From a virus (taxonomy: Duplodnaviria > Heunggongvirae > Uroviricota > Caudoviricetes), in IMG/VR virus record IMGVR_UViG_2648501802_000001: a DNA stretch of 36,013 bases; one strand, 5' to 3'. The notes beneath the pieces are model-generated. The model saw only the letters and a program-made list of their open reading frames with translations. It was not told the DNA's origin and searched no databases. Below, piece by piece: positions 1-7,937 of the stretch. The first letter of the stretch is position 1; every line of letters starts with the position of its first letter. The position numbers were made by a program, and so were the translations under genes.

Positions 1-318
1 ATGAAAAAGATAGCTGCTATATCATTAATTAGTGTTTTTCTTATGTCTGGGTGTGCTGTACATAATGATGAGACAAGTATCGGTAAATTTGGTCTTGCAT
101 ATAAAAGTAATATTCAGCGTAAACTCGATAACCAATACTACACCGAAGCCGAAGCTTCTTTAGCCAGGGGCAGAATTTCTGGTGCAGAAAATATAGTAAA
201 AAATGATGCAGCTCATTTCTGTGTTACTCAGGGCAAAAAAATGCAGATAGTTGACCTGAAGACAGAAGGTGCAGGATTACATGGCGTCGCTCGTCTGACA
301 TTCAAATGTGGAGAGTGA
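1..318 (+). CDS. Small putative lipoprotein in the left flank (host side or older island)
   Basis: N-terminal signal peptide followed by lipobox-like LMSGC; AT-rich; lies outside the attL core. Possibly the yegR-position gene, but I do not recognise the sequence. Confidence 0.55.
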   Translation: MKKIAAISLISVFLMSGCAVHNDETSIGKFGLAYKSNIQRKLDNQYYTEAEASLARGRISGAENIVKNDAAHFCVTQGKKMQIVDLKTEGAGLHGVARLTFKCGE

Positions 319-474
319 GAATATTTTTTGGTAAGCGTCAAACATGCGCGTTCTGGTTGTGCGTAGCCGGAATCTGTACGAGCACGATGCCGTTACGTGA
401 AAGGCATCGTGCTATGAAGGGGGATTCTATCGATGTGGTCAATGGAAGACGGTGACCAGGATACGGCTTATGCA

Positions 475-502
475 TAAAAAATAAGCCCGTGTAAGGGAGA
501 TT
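475..502. repeat. attL core (copy of the cyaR 3' end / P2 att core)
   Basis: TAAAAAATAAGCCCGTGTAAGGGAGATT is identical to 34480-34507. Confidence 0.85.
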
Positions 503-581
503 TAGGGTGTCACCAGTAGGGGCTTTCAACGGTACAATGCGGGTTTGAGCGGCATAAATTACCACTGAAAGCCCTTAAACG

Positions 582-1595
582 TTACTCTACTGTGGACACT
601 GTGTGGACACTCTCGGCCTCAGTACCACCTCTTAGCGGATTAAGAGAAATGGCGTCCTGAAGGTACTCTGGCGCAAAATGAGCGTAAACCATAGTTTGTT
701 CAATCCGCGTGTGACCTAGTATCCGTTGTAGCGTGATAATACTTCCTCCATTAATCATGAAATGAGTGGCAAAGCTGTGCCTTAGTGCATGTGTGGCTTG
801 CCCCATTGGCAAATCCGGTTTTATTGCTTTCATTGTTCGTCTGAAGCGAGGGTAATCAGCATCAGGGAATAAAAAACCTCGTTTGTTATCCGCGATCATT
901 TTGGCAACAGCCTCTGAGATCGGGACGGTGCGTGGTTTGTTTGTTTTCGTTTTAACAAACGTGACGCGGTTATGGATGATATTTTCTGCTTTCAAACGAG
1001 CTGCTTCTCCCCAACGTGCTCCAGTACTCAGGCAAAGAATCGCAATCTTTTTATTGTCGCCGTCAAGAGCAGCAAGCAGTAAGGCAATTTCTTCCTGCGT
1101 GAGATAGCCTGTGTCTGGTTTTTCCTCCTTAAGCTTTTTTGTCCCTCTGATAGGGTGCTCACCAAAGAATAACTCCGCTTCAATCAGGGCTGTAAACATG
1201 CCGCTAATACATGTTAAATCACGATTGATACTCGAAGGTTTAATACCCTGACTTCTTCGGGTGGCGCAGTACTGGCTGATAAGCGATTTCGTAATTTGAA
1301 ATGCGCATGGGTCATTCGTTATTTTTGTGAAGATTTCAATTTTTCCAAGATTAGATTTCCCATGCTCTTCGTGTTTACCCTTTAAATCCCACCAGATCTG
1401 TGTCAGCTCCGACAGACGTCGCTTGTCTGTTGGTTTTGATAGCCATTCTTTATTGTGGTGGTTGTACAACGTGTATTTCTCGAAAGCGACAGCTTCGCTT
1501 TTCTTATCAAACTTCCTACGGATGCGTTTTCCATTACGTCCAGTAGGGCGGATGTCCACTTCATATCGACCATCATCGAGTTTTTTGATTGCCAT
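582..1595 (-). CDS. int: Tyrosine integrase (P2 Int-like)
   Basis: 337 aa starting MAIKKLDDGRYEVDIRPTGRNGKR; C-terminal HxxR...Y catalytic region (ATHALRHSFATHF...MVYAHF); directly adjacent to attL. Confidence 0.93.
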   Translation of the reverse strand: MAIKKLDDGRYEVDIRPTGRNGKRIRRKFDKKSEAVAFEKYTLYNHHNKEWLSKPTDKRRLSELTQIWWDLKGKHEEHGKSNLGKIEIFTKITNDPCAFQITKSLISQYCATRRSQGIKPSSINRDLTCISGMFTALIEAELFFGEHPIRGTKKLKEEKPDTGYLTQEEIALLLAALDGDNKKIAILCLSTGARWGEAARLKAENIIHNRVTFVKTKTNKPRTVPISEAVAKMIADNKRGFLFPDADYPRFRRTMKAIKPDLPMGQATHALRHSFATHFMINGGSIITLQRILGHTRIEQTMVYAHFAPEYLQDAISLNPLRGGTEAESVHTVSTVE

Positions 1596-1710
1596 CAGAA
1601 AACCCTCCGAGTGGTGTGTTTTTTGGCGACTACTAATCGCTTTTTTCGTGGTGGCTGAAATTTAGCCACCAATAGTAGGCACTTGTGATGAATATATTCA
1701 CGATGAATTG

Positions 1711-2010
1711 TTAACCAGTCTTTTGACCGGAGTGGGGCGACGTTGTTTCGTTTTGCCCAAAGTGTGCGAGAGCGGGCGCAATTTGCCCGGACTCAGGAGC
1801 GATCTGATTGGTCATGAACCATAAAGTGTATTTGGTGAATTGTGGGGTCTGCAGGATGTTCATCATGACATCTGTTGGAGGTGTTGAACGACCACTTTCA
1901 TAGTAACTCAGCGTGCCATACGGAACCCCTGTTAAATCAGCAAGTTGTTGTCTGCTCAAATACTCTGATTTTCGCATTAAGACTATCTTCTCGCTTATCG
2001 TGTTTGACAT
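1711..2010 (-). CDS. C: Immunity repressor C
   Basis: 99 aa with HTH (LSRQQLADLTGVPYGTLSYYESG); divergent from cox as in P2. Confidence 0.88.
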   Translation of the reverse strand: MSNTISEKIVLMRKSEYLSRQQLADLTGVPYGTLSYYESGRSTPPTDVMMNILQTPQFTKYTLWFMTNQIAPESGQIAPALAHFGQNETTSPHSGQKTG

Positions 2011-2124
2011 GGTGTTTAGATCTCAATAGTATTTAGTTTAGATGTAGATTGTTTAGTGCTTGGATGTGTGCACTAAAAGGCATTATAAGGCATTAAACGC
2101 AATTCATGAGGGCTGGAGGACGAC
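2011..2124. promoter_or_regulatory. C/cox divergent early promoter-operator region
   Basis: Intergenic region between divergent C and cox containing direct repeats of TTTAGAT(C/G)T (about 2014 and 2035) typical of a P2-type operator; GGAGGA RBS before cox. Confidence 0.5.
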
Positions 2125-2400
2125 ATGAGCAAGCAAGTAACACTCATGACTGATGCGATTCCTTATCAGGAGTTCGCAAAACTAATAGGAAAATCGACAG
2201 GAGCGGTTCGTCGGATGATCGATAAAGGAAAGCTGCCTGTAATTGATTTGACCGATCCACAATCAGCTTCAGGTCGTGCAGGTGAATATTGGGTATACCT
2301 TCCGGCATGGAATAACGGACTAAAACTGGCTTATGAAAGCCGCCCTAAAGAGATTCGTGACGGCTGGTTGATGTGGTTAGGTCTCGGTGAACCACGTTAA
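2125..2400 (+). CDS. cox: Cox (excisionase / Pc repressor)
   Basis: 91 aa; position and sequence match P2 Cox (MSKQVTLMTDAIPYQEFAKLIGKSTGAVRRMIDKGKLPV). Confidence 0.88.
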   Translation: MSKQVTLMTDAIPYQEFAKLIGKSTGAVRRMIDKGKLPVIDLTDPQSASGRAGEYWVYLPAWNNGLKLAYESRPKEIRDGWLMWLGLGEPR

Positions 2401-2410
2401 GGAGAACCGT

Positions 2411-2581
2411 ATGAATGAACCTCGTTGTATTGCTCAGTTATTGCGTAACGAAAGCCCCAGGGCGATTGACTTCACCATCACCCACGGTAAGGGGCGTAAG
2501 GGAATCATTATCCGCACCAAAAAACAGAGTCCGTTAAAAAAGGCTCTGACCTTTCTGAAAAGCCGGAGGGTATGGAAATGA
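2411..2581 (+). CDS. Small early ORF (P2 orf78 position)
   Basis: ATG at 2411 preceded by AAGGAGAA RBS; the track ORF begins at an upstream GTG (2387). Confidence 0.45.
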   Translation: MNEPRCIAQLLRNESPRAIDFTITHGKGRKGIIIRTKKQSPLKKALTFLKSRRVWK

Positions 2582-3078
2582 CAGTGATGACGCTCAATCT
2601 CGTTGAAAAACAGCCAGCAGCTATGCGCCGGATAATTGGTAAGCATCTTGCCGTTCCTCGCTGGCAGGATACATGTGATTATTATAATCAGATGATGGAG
2701 CGCGAACGGCTAACGGTTTGCTTTCATGCGCAGTTAAAACAGCGTCACGCAACGATGCGTTTTGAAGAAATGAACGACGTCGAACGTGAACGACTGGTTT
2801 GTGCAATTGATGAATTGCGTGGCGCATTCTCAAAACGCCGTCAGGTCGGCGCAAGTGAGTATGCATATATTAGTTTTTTAACAGTCAGTCAGCGTCGTAC
2901 TTTATTTATGCATGCCGGATTGACTGAAAAAGAATTCAACCAGCCATACTGGCGAATTAATGAAGAATCATGTTACTGGCGTGATGCTTTATTCCGTGCA
3001 TTACGTGAATTATTCAGTCTGTTTGAGTATGCACCGACAATTCTGACGTCGGTAAAACCAGAGCAATATCTGCATTAA
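2572..3078 (+). CDS. B: Replication protein B
   Basis: 168 aa, P2 B-like; follows cox/orf78 in the early operon. Confidence 0.8.
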   Translation: MEMTVMTLNLVEKQPAAMRRIIGKHLAVPRWQDTCDYYNQMMERERLTVCFHAQLKQRHATMRFEEMNDVERERLVCAIDELRGAFSKRRQVGASEYAYISFLTVSQRRTLFMHAGLTEKEFNQPYWRINEESCYWRDALFRALRELFSLFEYAPTILTSVKPEQYLH

Positions 3079-3252
3079 ATAATTAACCAGAGTTTTTAAC
3101 GCACTTAATCGTGCGGGGCTTCTTTTTGCCTGGAGAAAGTCATGCATACAGTTTCTGAAAATCAGTGCGGTAAATACGCATTACTGCTGCAACAGGCCTG
3201 AACCGAAGCACAGGCCGACGCTGCGACGCGCTTTTCTTCTCATCTTGACGCC

Positions 3253-3366
3253 ATGATTCGCCACATCACAAAGGCGGAGTTATCCCGCGTGGAGATAGTT
3301 GAGCTGCTCAGTCAGGAGTCGGAAAAATTTCACAATATCGGATTGTCTCGCGGGGAGGTGCTTTGA
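3253..3366 (+). CDS. Very small ORF (P2 orf80 position)
   Basis: About 37 codons read by eye ([19 protein letters not shown]...); not in the ORF track; coordinates approximate. Confidence 0.25.
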
Positions 3367-3668
3367 TGTCCTGTTCTCGTTCGGTTGTATTACTGAATAA
3401 CGCCTTAAAAATCGCCGTTATGAAAAATGGTGATTTGTCTCTTATTCAACTTGGTCTTGATAAAGAAAAACGCGAAATAACTGAGTCTGTTATCGCGATT
3501 TATCAGAACGAATTAAATCTCCTGTCTGATGTGGTCAATTTACTTGTTAAACGCGCTGTATTTCACAAGAAAATCTCCTCCGTGGATGAACTGACAAAAT
3601 TAACGACAGAAATTGCCAGCTATTGCGCTGATGAATTTAAAAAACTTAACGACAAAAGGAGCTGGTAA
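3363..3668 (+). CDS. Hypothetical early protein (P2 orf81 position)
   Basis: 101-aa ORF; probable ATG at 3366; stop overlaps the next start (TAATG). Confidence 0.55.
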
Positions 3669-3892
3669 TGCCGGACAACGTAGATTTTATTCAGGAACAA
3701 CAGGCTGAATTACTGGAGCGTCAGATTAACGCGGCAAGGGTAAAACATTGCGGTGCTTCTGCGCTGGTTTGCGAAGAGTGTGACGCGCCAATACCTGCTG
3801 CCCGTCGTGCGGCTTATCCGTCAGCCACGCGTTGTGTTTCCTGTCAGTCAGTCTTTGAAGCAAAAAACAAACATTACCGGAGAACGGCATGA
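3668..3892 (+). CDS. TraR/DksA-like C4 zinc-finger protein (P2 orf82 position)
   Basis: 74 aa with CxxC...CxxC (VCEECDAPIP...RCVSCQ). Confidence 0.65.
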   Translation: MPDNVDFIQEQQAELLERQINAARVKHCGASALVCEECDAPIPAARRAAYPSATRCVSCQSVFEAKNKHYRRTA

Positions 3893-4164
3893 GTATTCGT
3901 ATTGAAATTGGCGAACGTTATGTCGTTACCAGTGACAGCTTTCAGTTTATTCTCCACGAGAAAAAGAGAGCGGAAAGCGGTAAAAACGCCGGTCAGGAAT
4001 GGCTGGCGGTGGTTGGTTATTACCCGAAATTAAGCCAGCTCGTTTCCGGCCTGATGCATCACGATATTCTGACCGGAAGCGCAAAATCTTTTGCTGATTT
4101 AAACGCGCAGGTTGAGCAACTCAGCAGGCGTTGTTCAGAGGCTTTTGGCTCACATGGACGTTAA
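3889..4164 (+). CDS. Hypothetical early protein (P2 orf83 position)
   Basis: 91-aa ORF translationally coupled to neighbours. Confidence 0.55.
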   Translation: MSIRIEIGERYVVTSDSFQFILHEKKRAESGKNAGQEWLAVVGYYPKLSQLVSGLMHHDILTGSAKSFADLNAQVEQLSRRCSEAFGSHGR

Positions 4165-6427
4165 AGCCTCCGGGCGTTTTGTCCCTCCGTCAGCATTTGC
4201 CGCAGGCACCGGTAAGACGTTTACCGGTGCTTATGCATGGAACGCGCCACGCGAGGCCGTCGGGCGCGAAAGACCCCTTACACGTGACGAGATGCGTCAG
4301 GTGCAAGGTGTTTTATCCACGATTAACCGCCTGCCTTACTTTTTGCGTTCGCTGTTTACTTCACGCTATGACTACATCCGGCGCAATAAAAGCCCGGTGC
4401 ACGGGTTTTATTTCCTCACATCCACTTTTCAGCGTCGTTTATGGCCGCGCATTGAGCGCGTGAATCAGCGCCATGAAATGAACACCGACGCGTCGTTGCT
4501 GTTTCTGGCAGAGCGTGACCACTATGCGCGCCTGCCTGGAATGAATGACAAGGAGCTGAAAAAGTTTGCCGCCCGTATCTCATCGCAGCTTTTCATGATG
4601 TATGAGGAACTCTGCGATGCATGGGGTGATGCGCATGGTGAAAAAGAATCGCTGTTTACGGATGAGGCGCAGGCTCACCTCTATGGTCATGTTGCTGGCG
4701 CTGCACGTGCTTTCAATATTTCCCCGCTCTACTGGAAAAAATACCGTAAAGGACAGATGACCACGAGGCAGGCATATTCTGCCATTGCCCGTCTGTTTAA
4801 CGATGAGTGGTGGATTAGTCAGCTTAAAGGCCAGCGTATGCGCTGGCATGAGGCGTTACTGATTGCTGTCGGGGAGGTCAATAAAGACCGTTCTCCTTAT
4901 GCCAGTAAACATGCCATTCGTGATGTGCGTGCGCGCCGCCAGGCAAATCTGGAATTTCTTAAATCGTGTGACCTTGAAAACAGGGAAACCGGCGAGCGCA
5001 TCGACCTTATCAGTAAGGTGATGGGCAGTATTTCTAATCCTGAAATTCGCCGGATGGAGCTGATGAACACCATTGCCGGTATTGAGCGTTACGCCGCCGC
5101 AGAGGGTGATGTGGGGATGTTTATCACGCTGACCGCGCCGTCAAAGTATCACCCGACACGTCAGGTCGGAAAAGGCGAAAGTAAAACCGTTCAGCTTAAT
5201 CACGGCTGGAACGATGAGGCATTTAATCCAAAGGATGCGCAGCGTTATCTCTGCCGTATCTGGAGCCTGATGCGCACGGCATTCAAGGATAATGATTTAC
5301 AGGTCTACGGTTTGCGAGTCGTCGAGCCACACCACGACGGAACGCCGCACTGGCATATGATGCTTTTTTGTCATCCACGCCAGCGTAACCAGATTATCGA
5401 AATCATGCGTCGCTATGCGCTCAAAGAGGATGGCGACGAAAGAGGAGCCGCGCGAAACCGTTTTCAGGCAAAACACCTTAACCGGGGCGGTGCTGCGGGA
5501 TATATCGCGAAATACATTTCAAAAAACATCGACGGCTATGCACTGGATGGTCAGCTCGATAACGACACCGGCAGGCCGCTGAAAGACACTGCAGCGGCTG
5601 TTACCGCATGGGCGTCAACGTGGCGCATTCCGCAATTTAAAACAGTTGGCCTGCCGACAATGGGGGCTTACCGTGAACTACGCAAATTGCCTCGCGGCGT
5701 CAGCATTGCTGATGAGTTTGACGAGCGCGTCGAGGCTGCACGCGCCGCCGCAGACAGTGGTGATTTTGCGTTGTATATCAGCGCGCAGGGTGGGGCAAAT
5801 GTCCCGCGCGATTGTCAGACTGTCAGGGTCGCCCGTAGCCCGTCGGATGACGTTAACGAGTATGAGGAAGAAGTCGAGAGAGTGGTCGGCATTTACGCGC
5901 CGCATCTCGGCGCGCGTCATATTCATATCACCAGAACGACGGACTGGCGCATTGTGCCGAAAGTTCCGGTCGTGGAGCCTTTGACTTTAAAAAGCGGCAT
6001 CGCCGCGCCTCGGAGTCCTGTCAATAACTGTGGAAAACTCACCGGTGGTGATACTTCGTTACCGGCTCCCACACCTTCTGAGCACGCCGCAGCAGTGCTT
6101 AATCTGGTAGATGACGGTGTTATCGAATGGAATGACCAGGAGGTCGTGAGGGCGCTCAGAGGTGCATTAAAACACGGTCTGAGAAGACCAAACCGTCAGC
6201 AAAGAAACGGAAGCCCGTTAAAACCGCATGAAATAGCGCCATCGGCCAGACTGACCCGGTCGGAACGAATGCAAATTACCCGTATCCGCGTTGACCTTGC
6301 TCAGAACGGTATCAGGCCGCAGCGATGGGAGCTTGAGGCGCTGGCGCGTGGTGCAATTGTGAACTATGGCGCAAAAGAATTTCATTACCATGTTCAGAAG
6401 GCGTGGGAAGCATTTTCGAGGTGGTAA
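4154..6427 (+). CDS. A: Replication initiation protein A (rolling-circle HUH endonuclease)
   Basis: HUH motif (TPHWHMMLF) and tyrosine motif (YIAKYISKNIDGY). The track ORF starts at TTG 4112; the first ATG is 4154. Confidence 0.93.
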   Translation: MDVKASGRFVPPSAFAAGTGKTFTGAYAWNAPREAVGRERPLTRDEMRQVQGVLSTINRLPYFLRSLFTSRYDYIRRNKSPVHGFYFLTSTFQRRLWPRIERVNQRHEMNTDASLLFLAERDHYARLPGMNDKELKKFAARISSQLFMMYEELCDAWGDAHGEKESLFTDEAQAHLYGHVAGAARAFNISPLYWKKYRKGQMTTRQAYSAIARLFNDEWWISQLKGQRMRWHEALLIAVGEVNKDRSPYASKHAIRDVRARRQANLEFLKSCDLENRETGERIDLISKVMGSISNPEIRRMELMNTIAGIERYAAAEGDVGMFITLTAPSKYHPTRQVGKGESKTVQLNHGWNDEAFNPKDAQRYLCRIWSLMRTAFKDNDLQVYGLRVVEPHHDGTPHWHMMLFCHPRQRNQIIEIMRRYALKEDGDERGAARNRFQAKHLNRGGAAGYIAKYISKNIDGYALDGQLDNDTGRPLKDTAAAVTAWASTWRIPQFKTVGLPTMGAYRELRKLPRGVSIADEFDERVEAARAAADSGDFALYISAQGGANVPRDCQTVRVARSPSDDVNEYEEEVERVVGIYAPHLGARHIHITRTTDWRIVPKVPVVEPLTLKSGIAAPRSPVNNCGKLTGGDTSLPAPTPSEHAAAVLNLVDDGVIEWNDQEVVRALRGALKHGLRRPNRQQRNGSPLKPHEIAPSARLTRSERMQITRIRVDLAQNGIRPQRWELEALARGAIVNYGAKEFHYHVQKAWEAFSRW

Positions 6428-6537
6428 TCTAAATATGAAAAATCTGCACACCGAAACACTCTTGTAGGTTGATAATTTGCAAACTAGGTGGATTTACTCT
6501 TTGATGTGTAAGAAGTTATACTACAAAAAATTGATTT

Positions 6538-7458
6538 ATGGGCTTGGCGATGTATAACGATCCTTATAGTGACCCAAAAGCGTGGGAATCATATTTCAAA
6601 AATATTGTTTGGCTACATTATAAGCCTGCTAACTGTTGTGACTTGCCAGATGAGCATGGAGGCGACTTTGGGCTGGAGTGTTACACTCTGAGTGGTCATG
6701 TTTTTCAGTGTTACTTGCCTGAGCAGTCGAGTGATATTGATAAGCTTTATAAAGCGCAACAAAAAAAGATTTATACTGATATAAAAAAGTTTTCTCAGGA
6801 TAACATTAAAGAATTAGAGGAGCTTTTTGGCACATTAAAAATTAGCCGCTGGATATTAGCTACACCATATAATAAATCGGCGAAATTAAGTCAATATTGC
6901 ACAAAAAAATCATTAAAAGTAAGAGAGTTAGGGATTTCTTACGTTGCTGATGATTTTCAAATAGTAGTGCAAACAGATCGAAATTATATAGAAGAAGCGT
7001 TCTTTCTTCGCAAAAATAACTATCAATTAAGCTTTAATATAAATGATGCGACGGCTGAGAATGCTGCTAACTTTATTAGTGAAAATACATCTTTTTTAGA
7101 TAAGCTAAATTTAAAATTACCTAAGATAAATGATGATGTATCTAGGCAGGGTTTATATAGAGAGTTTTTAATACAAAAATATCTTGATTATCAAAACTTG
7201 CTGGATGCTTTGAAGAGAGACTGGGTTGATATCTATGAAATTATCTATAACTGTGTTCAACATAGAGAACGTAATTTGGTAGGTCTCTTTCTTCTTACTT
7301 CATCAGATGCGAAACCATCAGATATAATGAAAGATGAAATCGCTTTGTTAAAGAAATGTATTGAAGAGGAAGTTAGTACGCTTAAACAGGCTGACTTGGA
7401 TAAGATAACATGGGGAGTTATTTCTGATTGGCTTATAAGATGCCCTTTAGATTTTTAG
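6538..7458 (+). CDS. Unknown 306-aa protein, first gene of hotspot operon (candidate effector, LmuA-like position)
   Basis: AT-rich ORF immediately after A; 1-nt gap to the next gene; no motif I can assign confidently. Confidence 0.7.
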   Translation: MGLAMYNDPYSDPKAWESYFKNIVWLHYKPANCCDLPDEHGGDFGLECYTLSGHVFQCYLPEQSSDIDKLYKAQQKKIYTDIKKFSQDNIKELEELFGTLKISRWILATPYNKSAKLSQYCTKKSLKVRELGISYVADDFQIVVQTDRNYIEEAFFLRKNNYQLSFNINDATAENAANFISENTSFLDKLNLKLPKINDDVSRQGLYREFLIQKYLDYQNLLDALKRDWVDIYEIIYNCVQHRERNLVGLFLLTSSDAKPSDIMKDEIALLKKCIEEEVSTLKQADLDKITWGVISDWLIRCPLDF

Positions 7459-7459
7459 A

Positions 7460-7936
7460 ATGGAAAAGCAAATGCATATAACGATAGATGAAATAATAGG
7501 AAGGCCGTTTACGTTTAATAAACGACCTGAACATTTGCCATGTGATATGAGACCATTGTGGCGTTGCAGTTTGTTGCTGATAATATTCCTTGTCACAGGG
7601 AGAGCTGGTTGCTGTTCTTTAAAAAAACTTCATTTAATTAATTGGATGTTAAAGTCAGAGAATAATGAAGCAATGTTTGAATTCTGGCTTTTAAACAAAG
7701 AAGGTTTAAAGCCTGAAGTAAGATTGGATCCAACTTTAGATAGAGCAATACAGCTATTATTAGCAGAGGATTTTATTTTGAGAAATGAACGAGCGTTCAA
7801 AATAAATGAAAAGGGGCTTAAGGTCGCTGAGAAATTGCTTTCTCTTGATGTGTTCAAAGAAGAAAGGTTGGTGCTAAATAAACATAAGGCTGGACTGTCC
7901 GAAACTAACATTAATAAAATATTTCAGGTGGGTTAA
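7460..7936 (+). CDS. Small 158-aa protein with winged-helix-like C-terminus (LmuC/kleisin-like position)
   Basis: Translationally coupled on both sides (1-nt gaps); AT-rich. Confidence 0.65.
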   Translation: MEKQMHITIDEIIGRPFTFNKRPEHLPCDMRPLWRCSLLLIIFLVTGRAGCCSLKKLHLINWMLKSENNEAMFEFWLLNKEGLKPEVRLDPTLDRAIQLLLAEDFILRNERAFKINEKGLKVAEKLLSLDVFKEERLVLNKHKAGLSETNINKIFQVG

Positions 7937-7937
7937 T

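Noticed and set aside
338-565. 75-aa minus-strand ORF spanning the attL core
   Set aside because: It overlaps the att repeat and the int 3' region with no convincing RBS; more likely non-coding junction sequence.
4131-4463. 110-aa ORF in an alternate frame at the start of gene A
   Set aside because: Overlaps the A coding region entirely; A is the supported gene.
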